Of a DNA stretch of 64,000 bases, positions 1-17,319 are shown in pieces (position 1 is the first letter of the stretch; every line of letters begins with the position of its first letter). The notes under the pieces were generated by a model. The model saw only the letters and a list, made by a program, of their open reading frames with translations. It did not search any database and was not told where the DNA came from. The stretch lies in NCBI RefSeq assembly GCF_009914755.1, contig NC_060928.1; one strand, given 5' to 3'. Source of the DNA: the human T2T-CHM13v2.0 reference genome, Homo sapiens. Both the position numbers and the translations under genes were made by a program.

Positions 1-3000
1 CCATTCCGTTCCGTTGCATTCCATTCCGTTCCATTGCTTTACATTCCATTCCATTCCATTCCATTCCATTCCATTCCATTCCAACCTTCTAATCGGGTTG
101 ATTCTAATCCATTCCATTACATTCAAGTCTTTCCATTCCATGCCATTCCTCTTGTGTTGTTTCCATTCCATTGAATTCCATTCCATTCCATTCCATTCCA
201 TTCCATTCCATTCCATTCCATTCCATTCCACTCGGGTTGTTTCCATTCCATTTCATTAGTTTCCATTCCATTCCATTCCATTCCATTTTATTCCATTCCA
301 TTTCATTCCATTACATTCCATTCTATACCATTCCACTCGGGTTGATTCTATACCATTCTATTCCATTCCATTCTATACCATTCCACTCGGGTTGATTCCA
401 TACCATTCTATTCCATTCCATTCCATTAAATTCCATTCCATTCCATTCCACTCGTGTAGATTCCATTCCATTCCATTCCATTACGTTCCGTTCCGTTCCA
501 TTCCATTCCATTCCATTCCATTCCATTCCATTCCATTCCATTCCATTAAATTCCATTCCATTCCATTCCATTCCTCTCGGGTCAATTCCATTCCATTCCA
601 TTCCATTCCATTCCATTAGTTTCTAATCGGGTTGATTCCAATCCATTCCATTATATTCAAATCCTTTCCATTCCATGCCATTCCACTCGGGTTGTTTCCA
701 TTTTGTTGTATTCCATTCCATTCCATTCCATTCCATTCCATTCCATTCCATTGTATTCCATTCCACTCGGGTTGTTTCCATTCCGTTTCATTAGTTTCCA
801 TTCCATTCCATTCCTTTCCATTCCATTCCACTCATGGTGATTCCATTCCTTTCCATTCCAATTCATTCCATTCCAGTTGATACCATTGCTTTGCATTGTT
901 TTCATTCCATTCCATTCCATTCCATTCCTCTTGGTTTGATTCATTTCCATTCCATTCCATTCCATTCCTCTCGGGTTGATTCCATTCCATTCCATGCCCT
1001 TTTATTCCATTCCATTCCATTCCATTCCATTCCATTCCATTCCATACCATTCCATTCCATTCCATTCCATTCCATTCCATACCATTCCACCAAGTTGATT
1101 GCATGCTATCCCATTCCATTCCATTCCATTCCATTCCATTTCATTCCATTCCATTCCGTTCCTTTCCACTTGGGTTGATTACATTCCATTCCATTCAATT
1201 CCGTTCCGTTCTGTTCCATTTTGTTCCATTCCATTCCATTCCATTTCCTTCCATTGCATTCCACTGGGGTTGATTCCATTCCATTCCATTCCATTCCATT
1301 CTATTCCATTCCATTCCATTCCATTCCATACCCTTCGGGTTGATTCCTTTCCATTCCATTCCATTGCATACCATTCCACTCCATTCCGTTCCATTCCATT
1401 CGGGTTGATTCTGTTCCATTCCATGCTTTTATTCCATTCCAATCCATTCCATACCATTCCACCAAAGTTGATTGCATGTTATTCCATTCTATTCCATTCC
1501 ATTCCATTCCATTCCATTCCATTCCATTCCATTCCATTCCATTCTATTCCATTCCATTCCTTTCCTTTCCAGTCGGTTTGATTCCATTCCATTCAATTCC
1601 ATTCCGTTCCGTTCCATTCCTTTCCGTTCCATTCCATTGCGTTTCATTCCATTGCATTCCACTCGGGTTGATTCCATTTCTTTCCATTCCATTCCATTCC
1701 ATTCAATTCCATAGCCTTCAGGTTGATTCCTTTCCATTCCATTCCATTCCATACCATTCCACTCCATTCCGCTCCAATCCATTCGGGTTGATTCCGTTCT
1801 GTTCCATGTCCTTTTATTCCATTCCCTTCCATTCCATTCCATTCCATTCCATACCATTCCACCAAAGTTGATTGCATGTTATTCCATTCTATTCCATTCC
1901 ATTCGATTCAATTCCATTCCATTCCATTCCATTCCATCCCTTTCCGCTCGGGTTGTTTCCATGCCATTCAATTCCATTCCGTTCCGTTCCGTTCCATTCC
2001 ATTCCATTCCATTCCATTCCATACCCTTCGGGTTGATTCCTTTCCATTCCATTCCATTCCATCCCATTCCACTCCATTCCGTTCTATTCCATTTAGGTTG
2101 ATTCCATTTCTTTCCATTCCGTTCCATTGCATTCCATACCTTTCCACTAGGGTTGATCCCATACCATTCCATTCCATTGCATTCCATTCCATTCCATTCC
2201 ATTCCACTCGGGTTGATTCCATTCCATTCCATTCCAATCCATTCCATTCCATTCCATTCGGGTTGATTCCATTCCATTCCTTTCCATTCCATTCCATTCC
2301 ATTCCATTCCATTCCATTCCATTCCATTCGAGTTGATTCCATTCTATTCCATTCCATTCCATTCCATTGGGGTTGATTCCATTCCATTCCATTCCATTCC
2401 ATTCCATTCCATTCCATTCCATTCGACTCGGGTTGATTCCAATCCATTCCATTCCAATCCATTCCATTCCATTCCATTCCATTCCATTCCATTCCATTCC
2501 ATTCCATTCTGGTTGATTCCATTCCGTTGAATTTCTTTCCATTCCAATCCATTCCATACCATTCGATTCCATTCCATTCCATTCCATTCCATTCTATTCC
2601 ACTCGAGTTAATTCCATTCCTTTGAATTCCATTGCTTTCCATTCCATTCCATTCCTTTCCACTCAGGTTGATTCCATTCCATTCCATTCCAATGCATTCC
2701 ATTCCAGTTGATACCATTGCATTGCATTGTTTCCATTCCGTTCCATTCCATTCCATTCCATTACATTACATTCCACTCGGTTTTATTCATTTCCGTTCCA
2801 TTCAATTCCATTCCATTCCATTCCATTCCATTCCATTCCATTCCTCTTGGGTTGATTCCATTCCAATCCATGCCCCTTTATTCCATTCCATTCCATTCCA
2901 TTCCATTCCATTCCATTCCATTCCATACCATTCCACCAAAGTTGACTGCATGCTATTCCATTCCATTCCATTCTATTCCATTCCATTCCATTCCATTCCA

Positions 3001-6000
3001 TTCCATTCCATTCCATTCCTTTCCACTTGGGTTGATTAAATTCTATTCAATTCCGTTCCATTCCGTTCCGTTCCGTTCCATTCCATTCCATTCCATTTTA
3101 TTCCATTGCATTCCACTCAGGTTGATTCCATTCCATTCCATTCCATTCCATTCCATTCCATTCCATAACCTTCGGATTGATTCCTTTCCATTCCGTTCCA
3201 TTCCATAGATTCCACTCCATTCCGTTCCATTTCATTCGAGTTGATTCTGTTCCATTCCATGCCCTTTTATTCCATTCCATTCCATTCCATTCCATTGCGT
3301 TCCATTCCATTCCTTACCATTCCACCAAAGTTGATTGCATGTTATTCCATTCCATTCCATTCCATTCCATTCCTTTCCACTCGTTTTGATTCCATTCCAT
3401 TCAATTCCGTTCCGTTCCGTTCCATTCGTTTCCATTCCATTCCATTTCATTCCATTGCATTCCACTCGGGTTGATTCCATTCCTTTCAATTCCATTCCAT
3501 TCCATTCCATTCAATTCCATACCCTTTGGTTTGATTCCTTTCCATTCCATTACATTCCATATCATTCCACTCCATTCCGCTCCATTCCATTCGGGTTGAT
3601 TCCGTTCCATTCCATGCCCTTTTATTCCATTCCATTCCATTCTATTCCATTCCATTCCATACCATTCCACCAAAGTTGATTGTATGTTATTCCATTCCAT
3701 TCCATTCCATTCCATTCCATTCCATTCAATTCCATTCCATTCCATTCAATTCCATTCCATTCCATTCCTTTCCACTCGGGTTGATTCCATTCCATTCAAT
3801 TCCGTTCCATTCCATTCCGTTCCATTCCATTCCATTCCGTTTCATTCCATTGCATTCCACTCGGGTTGATTTCATTCCATTCCATTCCATTCCATTCCAT
3901 TCCATTCCATTCCCTTCGGTTTGATTCCTTTCCATTCCATTCCATTCCATACCATTCCACTCCATTCCTTTCCATTCCATTCGGGTTGATTCCCTTCCAT
4001 TCCGTTCCGTTCCATTCCATTCCACACCATTCCACTAGGGTTGATTCCATGCCATTCCATTCCATTGCATTCCATTCCATTCCATTCCACTCGCGTTGAT
4101 TCCATTCCATTCCATTCCAATCCATTCCATTCCACTCCTTTCCATTCCTTTCCATTCGGGTTGATTCCATTCCATTCCGTTCCATTCCATTCCATTCCAT
4201 ACCATTCCACTAGGGTTGATACCATGCCATTCCATTCCATTCCATTCCATTCCATTCCACTCGGGTTGATTACATTCCATTCCATTCCAATCCATTCCAT
4301 TCCATTCCATTCCATTCCATTCCATTCCATTCCATTCCATTCCATTCCATTCCACTCGGGTTGATTCCATTCCATTCCATTCCATTCCATTCCATTCCAC
4401 TCCATTCCGTTACATTCCATTCTACTCTGTTTAATTCCGTTCCATTCCATTCCAATCCATTCCATTCCATTCCATTCCATTCCATTGGGGTCCATTCCAT
4501 TCCATTCCATTCCATTCCATTCCATTCCGTTCCGTTCCGTTCCATTCCATTCAAATCCATTCCATTGCATTCCATACCATTCCATTCCATTCTATTCCAT
4601 TCCATTCCATTCCATTGCACTCGAGTTGATTCCATTCCATTCCATTCCATTCCGTTCCGTTCCATTCCATTCCGTTCCATTCCATTCCATTCCATTCCAT
4701 TCCATTCCATTCCATTCCATTAAATTCCATTCCATTCCATTGCATTCCATTACTTTCTAATCGGGTTGATTCTAATCCATTCCATTACATTCAAGTCTTT
4801 CCATTCCATGCCATTCCTCTTTGGTTGTTTCCATTACGTTGAATTCCATTCCATTCCATTCCATTCCATTCCATTCCATTCCATTCCATTCCATTCCATT
4901 GCATTCCATTCCACTCGGGTCGTTTCCATTCCATTTCATTAGTTTCCATTCCATTCCATTCCATTCCATTTCACTCAAGTTGATTCCGTTCCATTCCATT
5001 GTATTCCATTCCAGTTGATTCCATTGCATTCCATTCCTTTCCATTCCTATCTATTCCATTACATTCCCTTACACTTGGGTTGATTCCATTCCATTTCAAT
5101 CCATTCCATTCCATTCCCTTCCGTTCCATTCCATAGCATTCCACTAAATTTGATTCCATACCATTCCATTGCATTTCATTCCTTTCCTTTCCATTCCAAT
5201 CCATTCCATTCCATTCCATTTAAATCCTTTCCATTCCTTTCCATTTCATTCCATTCCATTCCTTTCCTCTCGGGTTGATTCCATTCCATTCCTTTCCATT
5301 CTGTTCCATTCCATTCCGTTCCATTCCATTCCATTCCATTCCATTCCATTCCATTCCATTGCATTCCACTCGGGGTGATTCCATTCCATTCCATTCCATT
5401 CCATTCCATTCCATTCCATTTCATTCCATTCCATTGCATTCCATTTGGGTTCATACCTTTCCATTCCATTCCATTGCATTCCATTTGGGTTCATACCTTT
5501 CCATTCCATTCCATTCCATACCATTCCATTCCATTCCATTCCATTCCATTCAGGTTGACTCCATTCCATTCCGTTCCATTCCATTACATTCCATTCCATT
5601 CCGTTGCATTCCACTCCATTCCTATTCATTACATTCCACTCGGGTTGAATCCATTCCATTCCATTCCAATGCATTCCATTTTTTTCAGTTCCACTCGGAT
5701 TCAATCAATTCCATTCCATTCCATTCCGTTCTGTTCCATTCCATTCCATTCCATTCCATTCCATTCCATTCCATTCCATTCCATTCTATTGCATTTCATT
5801 CCATTCCATTCTACTCAGGTTGATTCCATTCCATTCCATTCCATTCCATTCCATTCCATTCCATTCCACTCGGGTTGATTCAATTCCGTTCCTTTCCATT
5901 CCATTCCATTCTATTCCTTTCCACTCAGGGTGATTCCATTCCATTCCATTCCAATGCATTCCATTCCAGTTGATACCATTGCATTGCATTGTTTCCATTC

Positions 6001-9000
6001 CATTCCATTCCATTCCATTCAATTCCATTCTACTCGGTTTGATTCATTTCCATTCCATTCCATTCCATTCCTCTCGGGTTGATTCCATTCCATTCCATGC
6101 CCTTTTATTCCATTCCATTCCATTCCATTCCATTCCATTCCATTCCATTCCATTCCATACTATTCCACCAAAGTTGACTGCATGCTATTCCATTCCATTC
6201 CATTCCGTTCCATTCCATTTCATTCCGTTCCTTTCCACTTGGGTTGATTCAATTCCATTCAATTCCGTTCCGTTCCGTTCCGTTCCATTCCATTCCATTC
6301 CATTCCATTTCCTTCCATTGCATTCCACTGGGGTTGATTCCATTCCTTTCCATTCCTTTCCATTCCATTCCATTCCATTCCATTCCATACCCTTCGGGTT
6401 GATTCCTTTCCATTCCATTCCATTCCATACCATTCCCGTCCATTCTGTTCCATTCCATTCGGGTTGATTCTGTTCCATTCCATGCCTTTTTATTCCATTC
6501 CATTCCATTCCATATCATTCCACCAAAGTTGATTGAATGTTATTCCATTCCATTCCATACCATTCCACCAAAGTTGATTGCATGTTATTCCATTCCATTC
6601 CATTCCATTCCACCCATTCCATTCCTTTCCACTCGGGTTGATTCCATTCCATTCAATTCCGTTCCGTTCTGTTCCATTCCTTTCCGTTCCATTCCATTCC
6701 GTTTCATTCCATTGCATTCCACTCGGGTTGATTCCATTACTTTCCATTCCATTCCACTACATTCAATTCCATACCCTTCGGGTTGATTCCTTTCCATTCC
6801 ATTCCATTCCATTCCATTCCATACCATTCCACTCCATTCCGCTCCATTCCATTCGGGTTGATTCCGTTCCATTCCATGCCCTTTTATTCCATTCCATTCC
6901 ATTCCGTTCCATTCCACTCCATTCCATTCCATACCATTCCACCAAATTTGATTGCATGTTATTCCATTCCATTCCATTCCATTCCATTCCATTCCATTCC
7001 ATTCCATTCCATTCCATTCCACTCGGTTTGATTCTTTTCCATTCCATTCCATTCCATTCCTCTCGGGTTGATTCCATTCCATTCCATGCCCTTTTATTCC
7101 ATTCCATTCCATTTCATTCCATTCCATTCCATTCCATACCATTCCACCAAAGTTGACTGCATGCTATTCCATTCCATTCCATTCCATTCCATTCCATTCC
7201 ATTCCATTCCATTCCGTTCCTTTCCACTTGGGTTGATTCCATTCTATTCAATTCCGTTCCGTTCCGTTCCATTCCATTCCATTCCATTCCATTCCATTTC
7301 CTTCCATTGCATTCCACTGGGGTTGATTCCATTCCCTTCCATTCCATTCCATTCCATTCCATTCCATTCCATTCCATTCCATACCCTTCGGGTTGATTCC
7401 TTTCCATTCCATTCCATTCCATACCATTCCACTCCATTCTGTTCCATTCCATTCAGGTTGATTCTGTTCCATTCCATACCCTTTTATTCCATTCCATTCC
7501 ATTCCATACCATTCCACCAAGTTGATTGCATGTTATTCCATTCCATTCCATCCATTCCATTCCTTTCCACTCGGGTTGATTCCATTCCATTCAATTATGT
7601 TCCGTTCCGTTCCTTTCCGTTCCATTCCATTCCGTTTCATTCCGTTGCATTCCACTCGGGTTGATTCCATTACTTTCCATTCCATTCCATTCCATTCAAT
7701 TCCATACCCTTCGGGTTGATTCCTTTCCATTCCATTCCATTCCATACGATTCCACTCCATTCCACTCCATTCCATTCGGGTTGATTCCGTTCCATTCCAT
7801 GCCATTTTATTCCATTCCATTCCATTCCGTTCCATTCCACTCCATTCCATTCCATTCCATACCATTCCACCAAAGTTGATTGCATGTTATTCCATTCCAT
7901 TCCATTCCATTCCATTCCATTCCATTCCATTCCATTCAATTCAATTCCATTCCTTTCCATTCCATTCCTTTCCACTCGGGTTGTTTCCATTCCATTCAAT
8001 TCCGTTCCGTTCCATTCCGTTCCGTTCCATTCCATTCCATTCATTCCATTGCATTCCACTCGGGTTGATTCCATTCCATTGCATTCCATTCCATTCCATT
8101 GCATTCCATTCCATTCCATTCCATTCCATTCCATACCCTTCGGGTTGATTCCTTTCTATTCCATTCCATTCCATACCATTCCACTCCATTCCGTTCTATT
8201 CCATTCGGGTTGATTCCATTCCATTCCGTTCCGTTCCATTTCATTCCATACCATTCCACTATGGTTGATCCCATACCATTCCATTCCATTGCATTCCATT
8301 CCATTCCATTCCACTCGGGTTGATTCCATTCCATTCCATTCCAATCCGTTCCATTCCATTCCATTCCATTCCTTTCCATTTGATTCCATTCCATTCAATT
8401 CCATTCCATTCCATTCGGGTTGATTCCATTCCATTCCTTTCCATTCCATTCCATTCCATTCCATTCCATTCCATTCCATTCCACTCCAATTGATTCCATT
8501 CCATTCCATTCCATTCCATTCCATTCCATTCCATTCATTCCATTCCAGTTGATTCCATTCGATTCCATTCCATTCCATTCCATTCCATTCCATTCCATTC
8601 CATTCCATTCCATTCGACTCGGGTTGATTCCAATCCATTCCATTCCAATCCATTCCATGCCATTCCATTCCATTCCATTCCATTCTGGTTGATTCCATTC
8701 CGTAGAATTTCTTTCCATTCCAATCCATTCCATTCCGTTCCATTCCATTCCATTCCATTCTATTCCACTCGAGTTAATTCCATTCCTTTGAATTCCATTG
8801 CTTTCCATTCCATTCCATTCCATTCCTTTTCATTCTATTACACTCGGTTGTTTCCATTCCATTCATTTCTTTTCCATTCCATTCCATTCCTTTCCATTCC
8901 AGTCATGTTGATTCCATTCATTCCATTCCCTTACATTACGTTCCATTCCATTCCAGTTGATTCCATTGCATTCCATTCCATTCCATTCCATTCTACTCCT

Positions 9001-11449
9001 TTCCATTCCACTCTGGTTGATTCCATTCCATTCCATTCCATTCCATTCCACTCCATTCCGTTCCACTCGGGTTGATTCCATTCCATTCCATTCCATTCCA
9101 TTCCATTGCATTCCATTCCATTTCACTCGGGTTGATGCCATTCTATTCCAATCTATTTTATTCCTTTCCATTCCATTCCATTCCATTCCATACCATTCCA
9201 CTCGGGTGGATTCCATAACATTCCATTCTATTCCATTGCATTCCTTTCCATTCCATTCCACTTGTGTTGATTCCATTCCATTCCATTCCATTCCATTCCA
9301 TTCCATTCCATTCCATTCCATTCCATTCCATTCGGGTTGATTCCATTCCATTCCATTCCATTTCATTCCATTCCATTCCATTCCATTACACTCCATTCCA
9401 TTCCATTCCACTCCATTCCATTCCATTCCATTCCATTCCACTCCATTCCATTCCATTCCATTCCACCCAGATTGATTCCATTCTATTCCATTCCATTCCG
9501 TTCCATTCCATTCCAGTTGATTCCAATGCCTTCCATTCCATTCCATTCCACTGCATTCCATTCCACTCCATTCCACTCGGGTTGATTCCATTCCATTCCA
9601 TTCCATTCCGTTCCACTCGGGTTGATTCCATTCCATTCCTTTCCATTGCATTTCACTCGGGTTGATTCCATTCCATTCCGTTCCATTTTATTCCATTCCA
9701 TTCCATTCCATACCTTTCCATTCCACACGGGTTAATTCCATTCCATTCCATTCCATTGCATTCCATTCCATTCCATTCCATTCCATTCAATTGCATTCCA
9801 TTCCATTCCATTCCATTCCATTCGGGTTGATCCCTTTCCATTCCATTCCATCCCATTCCATTCCACTCCATTCCATTCCTTTCAATTCATTTACATTCCA
9901 TTCCACTCCATTCCATTCCATTGAATTCCTTTCCGTACCACTCCATTCTATTCCATTCTATTCCACTCGGGTTTATTCCATTCCATTCCAATCCATTCCA
10001 TTCCATTGCATTCCACTCGTGTTCATTCCATTCCATTCCATTCTATCCCGTTCCTTTCCATTCTATTCCGTTCCATTCCATTCCCTTACACTGGTGTTCA
10101 TTCCATTCCGTTCCGTTCCATTCCATTCTATTCATTTCCATTCCTTTCCATTGCACTCCACTCGGGTTGATTCCATTCCTTTCCATTCTATTCCATTCCA
10201 TTCATTTAAATTCCATTCCATTCCATTCCATTCCAGTTCATTCCATTCCTTTCCATTCCATTCCATTCCCTTCCATTCCATTCCATTCCCTTCCATTCCA
10301 TTCCATTCAATTCCATTCCGTTGCATTGGAATCGGGTTGATTCCAATCCATTCCATTACATTCCAGTCTTTTCCATTCCATTCCATTCCACTCTGTTTGT
10401 TTCCATTACGTTGAATTGCATTCCGTTCCATTCCATTCCATTCCATTGAAATTCATTGCATTCCATTCCACTTGGTTTGTTTCCTTTCCATTCCATTAGT
10501 TTCCAATAAATTCCCTTGTATTCATTCCATTCCATTCCATTCCATTCCACTCATGTTGATTCTGTTCCATTCCATTCCATTCCATTCCATTCCATTCCAT
10601 TCCATTCCATTCTAGTTGATTCCATTGCATTCCGTGCTGTTCCATTCCATTCCACTCCATTCGAATCCATTCCACTTGGGTTGATTCCATTCCATTACAT
10701 TACATTCAATTCAATTCCATTCAATTCCATTCCATTGCATTCCACTCGGGTTGATTCCATTCCATTCCATTGCATTCCATTCCATTCCATTTCCTTTCAT
10801 TCCAGTTGATTCCATTCCATTCCATTCCATTCCATTCCATTCCATTCCATTCCATTCCATTCCATTCTGTTCCACTAGGGTTGATTTCATTCGATTCCGT
10901 TCCATTCCTGTTTTCCCTTCCATTCCATTCCATTGCATTCCACTCGGGTTGACTCCATTCCATGACATTGCATTCCATTCCTTTCTATTAAATTCCATTC
11001 TTTTCCATTCCATTCCTTTCCACTCGAGTTGATTCCATTCCATTCTATTCCATTCCGTACAATTCCATTCCATTCCATTTCAATCGGGTTGATTCCATTC
11101 CATTCAATTCTATTCCATTCCTTTCCATTCCATGCCTCTCAGGTTAATTCTATTCCATTCCATTCCATTGCTTTCCCTTCCATTCCATTCCACTCGGGTG
11201 ATTCCATTCCATTCCATTCCACTCGGGATAACTCCATTCCATTCCAATCCATTCCTCTTGGGTTGATTCCATTCCATTCCATTCCATTCCATTCCAATCC
11301 ATTCCATTCCATTCCATTCCATTCCATTCCATTCCATTCCGTTCCATTCCATTTCTTTCCATTTGATTCCATTCCATTGAATTCCATTCCATTCCTTTCC
11401 ATTCCAATCCTTTCCACTCGGGTTGATTCCATTCCGTTGCATTCCATTC
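1..11449 (+). repeat. Human satellite 3 (HSat3) array, (CATTC)n interrupted by ACTCGGGTTG-type decamers
   Basis: Continuous CATTC pentamers with frequent CCACTCGGGTTGATTCC interruptions (the classical satellite III decamer); few CATTCGATTC/CATCATC motifs typical of HSat2. Confidence 0.96.
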
Positions 11450-13554
<2,105 letters not shown>

Positions 13555-13569
13555 TCTACCCTAGGTTTT

Positions 13570-13663
13570 GGTTTGACTTTAAACTTTTTCTTTTCTTGAA
13601 AACTCAGTGTCATGGTACCGGCTTCTTGTGCTTTGGGCAGTGAGACCCTTTTACTTGATAACA
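13570..13663 (+). mobile_element. 3' end of an ERV1-type LTR (MER34/LTR48-like)
   Basis: AAAACTCAGTGTCATGGTACCGGCTTC...GGGCAGTGAGACCCTTTTACTTGATAACA resembles MER34-group U5 ends terminating in CA. Confidence 0.5.
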
Positions 13664-13689
13664 ATGGTAGCTGGGACAATTTGGCAATG

Positions 13690-13970
13690 TAAATAAATAA
13701 ACAGCATCTAGATTGGAAAAGAAGAAGTACAGTTATCTTTATGTACAGATGACATGATCTTGCATTTAGAAAATCGTAAGAAATTTACTAAAAAGTATTA
13801 GGACTCATGAACAAATTTAAGAATGTAACACTGTATAAGATTGGTATACAAAAATAACTGTATTTCTTTACCAAGAAATCAAGAATCCAAAAATGGAATT
13901 ACAAAAATAAATCTTGTTACAATAGAATTAAAGCTGGGGAAGCTTAAACTTGAACACTAAAAACTACAAT
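13690..13970 (+). mobile_element. Old L1M ORF2 fragment
   Basis: GATTGGAAAAGAAGAAGTACAGTTATCTTTATGTACAGATGACATGATC corresponds to L1 [16 protein letters not shown]. Confidence 0.75.
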
Positions 13971-14499
13971 ACATGGTTAGCGTTGGAAACACCCAGATAC
14001 CATCCCTGAGCCTTCTCTCCTTGGCTCTGAGGGCTTTACCTTCACGGGGTGAGGAAAGGGGTTGCATTCTTGGCTTTTACATTATATTAGGTGGGTTCGG
14101 GTTGAGGTATCTGCAATTCAAATGAGTATTACAATCTCTACTTTTATGGATAAGAGACTGAGGCCCACCAAGAGAGGGAATGACAGTCCATATCCTGGAA
14201 GGTGAATTGTCAGGCACTGATTTCCGCTATTTAACCCCTGCCAATCATCAAGTATTTAAAGGATCCCCGGATACCATACCAATAGGTGTTCAAGAGAGAG
14301 GCCTGTAATCTAGGCGTCTGAGAAAACAAGGCTATAGATTCCAATATTAGAGACAACAGGGCTCTGGGAAGATTAAGGTTGAGTTTTCTGGATCTGCAGA
14401 ATAGAGTCACTGAGGACCAATTGCAAGATCAGAGGAGATGAAAGAACAAGTCAGGGCATGCTTAGGAAAAGAGAATACCAGGGATAGGTTTTAGGCAAG

Positions 14500-14860
14500 A
14501 GTCACACTGAGGAAGGGCAGGTTCTTGGCGTCGCTCAGGAAGAAATCCAAAAGCAAGCCTCTGGTGGAAGAAAGCAGCTCTACGGAGGCATTGGCGGTGT
14601 TACAACCCTGCATCCACTCCGGCAGGGCAGGGAGCCCTCCGTGGGTTGTGCTCCCAGAGCAGCAGCCTAGGGGTGGCTTGTAGTCACTTTTATAATTCAC
14701 TTTTAATGGCATGCTAATTAAGGGGCGGGTTATTCAGAGATAGCTAGAAATGGGCAGTAACTTCCATCTGTTTCCATGGCAAGGGGTGGGGACTTCTCGT
14801 GATGACATGGCATTGGCAAACTGTCATGGCACTGGAGGGAGCGTCTTCTGGTGATCTGAG
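14500..14860 (-). mobile_element. ERV1 (MER4-group) LTR fragment, family not determined
   Basis: CAGGTTCTTGGCGTCGCTCAGGAAGAAATCC...TAATTAAGGGGCGGGTTATTCAG...CATGGCA motifs typical of MER4-group LTRs. Confidence 0.55.
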
Positions 14861-15473
14861 GTGTGAGGTGCTTTCGCTGCCTCTCCCAGTTTCCTGCGTG
14901 CCTCTTACCTGAAAGCCTATCAACACCCCCATCTGCCCACCTACAAACGTCACTGCCCTTTCACCCCACCCCCGTTTCACACGCACTCCCACATCAACCC
15001 TGAGCATTCAAGCCTGCGTTTCCCTGTTAGGAACATCGGTGGTAGCCAGAGCTCTGAGAAACCCCTATGCAGAACTCCTTGCCTAGTTTGTGGCAGAAAT
15101 CAGGGAAGGAAAGGCAAATTTCAGGTCTTTCTCACAATAAATAAATAAAGATAGGTAGATTTGATTGATGGATGGATGGATGAAACGTGGGAGTCTACGG
15201 GCAAATATTTATCAGACACTGGAAGTGAAAGTTGTCACAAAGATTATGGAGTGCACCTGTCTTATGACCCTGTTATTTTATCCTAGTATATGCACTAGAG
15301 CATATTTTCTAACTGTGTAAATTGAAGGCTCACAAATTAGTTTAGTGAGAGAAAAGATAACAGATTGGAAGAGAATTACCATATTCATTAGTTGTGTTTT
15401 TAAAATTTTAAAGTAAAATAGAGACATGATTTTTTTCATGCTTTCGAATGCATCTATAAAAAATAGACTTGAG

Positions 15474-15776
<303 letters not shown>

Positions 15777-16002
15777 TTAATAGCATAGACCAATTGGCCT
15801 CTATTGAAATTTCTTCATTATTTTCACAATGTCCCAGGCTGTGAAACCAGTATTTAATAAAGAACCAGAATGCCACATCTGTGTCAACTGGGTAGGGACC
15901 AGTCCTGATACATTAAGTCCGGGTCTCTGGGTAACTGGACTCAACTGCTGGGCAAAACAGAATGTCCGGTGTGGGTTCCTAAAGGAGGACCGCAAAGCCT
16001 CA

Positions 16003-16500
16003 TGGGAATTGTAGTGTCACCTTCCAATGACGTTACCATCAAGGACCTTGGGAACCAGCTTTTCTCTCTGCGGATGCGCCGCCCGGCCCACTCCGCCATT
16101 TTCCTCCGGAAGTGTGGCACCCAGAGGCGGTCCTGTAGCTGGGCCGGCTTGGGGCTTGGTTCTATGTCCCTGTGGGTTGGTGCAAGGGCCAGGAGGAACC
16201 CGTGAGCCTCAGGGGATCCCAGGGGGCCGGACCAGTGTTCCCTAGTTGTGGGAACAGACGCGTGGGCGCATCGCGGGAGGGCAGGGCCTGAAGAGCAGGT
16301 GCGGGCTGCGGACCCTGGCGGGGGCTGGGAGGACAGGCGTGGGGTCCCAGCAGTGACGCGGGTTCTAGAGGCACAGGAGCGGGTAGGAGAGGCCGGTGGC
16401 CCTGGGCCCGGAGTCTGCAGGCTGCGCTCCTGTCCTGCCGCTGAGGGACCCGGTTACCAACCCGCATGACGCTCAGTTTGCCCATCTGTCCCAGTGCTAA
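16003..16500 (+). promoter_or_regulatory. CpG-rich housekeeping/KRAB-ZNF-type promoter and non-coding exon 1 (donor GTGAGC at 16202)
   Basis: Clustered motifs: TGGGAATTGTAGT 16003-16015 (reverse complement of ZNF143/THAP11 ACTACAATTCCCA), TGACGT 16028, NRF1-like TGCGGATGCGC 16069, YY1 CCGCCATTTT 16093, ETS CCGGAAGTG 16106; GC/CpG-rich tract follows. Confidence 0.8.
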
Positions 16501-17319
16501 CACACAGTTCTCGGGAGACGTTCCCCATTCCCAGAGGAGTAGTGTGAAACGCGTGCGCCTCTAGTCTTAAACTTGACGTTTGTATTAGTTGGGTTTCCTG
16601 GTGTCTCTTTAGCAAGTGAAGTTTCTGGTTCCCTCCTTCACTGTGTGACCTGCCTAGTCCTCCTGGGTCGCATTTACAGAAGTTTATACGAGACCTAGTT
16701 TCCAGGGAAGAACTCACTGATTCCGCGAGGGAGATGGCGTAATAGATGATGGTCGTCAGCCTTAAGGGTACTTCAGTCTTAACTGTGTGTTAGAAAGTTT
16801 GAAAGGGAGGGTTCCCTATGAATAAGAAGCACACTTGAAAGAACAGCCGTCTGGTCTAACCTCTCACTGGTGCTTCAGAGGAGGAAAAAAGGTCACAGGT
16901 GAAGATCCCAGTTTTCCTTGCTCAGGAAATATTAATTCTACTCCCTAGAATGCACAAGATTTGCAAAGACTAGGTGATAGTAGAAGGTTTGGACGAACTT
17001 TCAGAAGGTTGAGGTGAATTCAGCTGAGAAAAACAGGCAAGGACTTAGGAAATATTCCTTATTTGAAGGGGTCTGAAAGTGTGGTCTGTGGTACAGGAGT
17101 GACCTGTCATACTTGAGAGGATTAAAATACTCTCCACAGTCCCATTCCTTCAATCTTAGCTCGTTTTTTCGCGTCTGAGATATATTAAACCTAGTCCATC
17201 ACCAAATTTAGCATTAGATTGAGAAGTTCTATTGATTGTATTTGATTTGTAATTTAAGATTTTCTCCCCCTACATAATTTTGTTAAAAACACAGAAGTGA
17301 ATTCTGTTCACTTAGGTGT

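Noticed and set aside
1-11449. Dozens of overlapping ORFs encoding (MEWNG)n or (IPFHS)n
   Set aside because: Direct consequence of translating a stop-poor pentamer satellite; no gene structure
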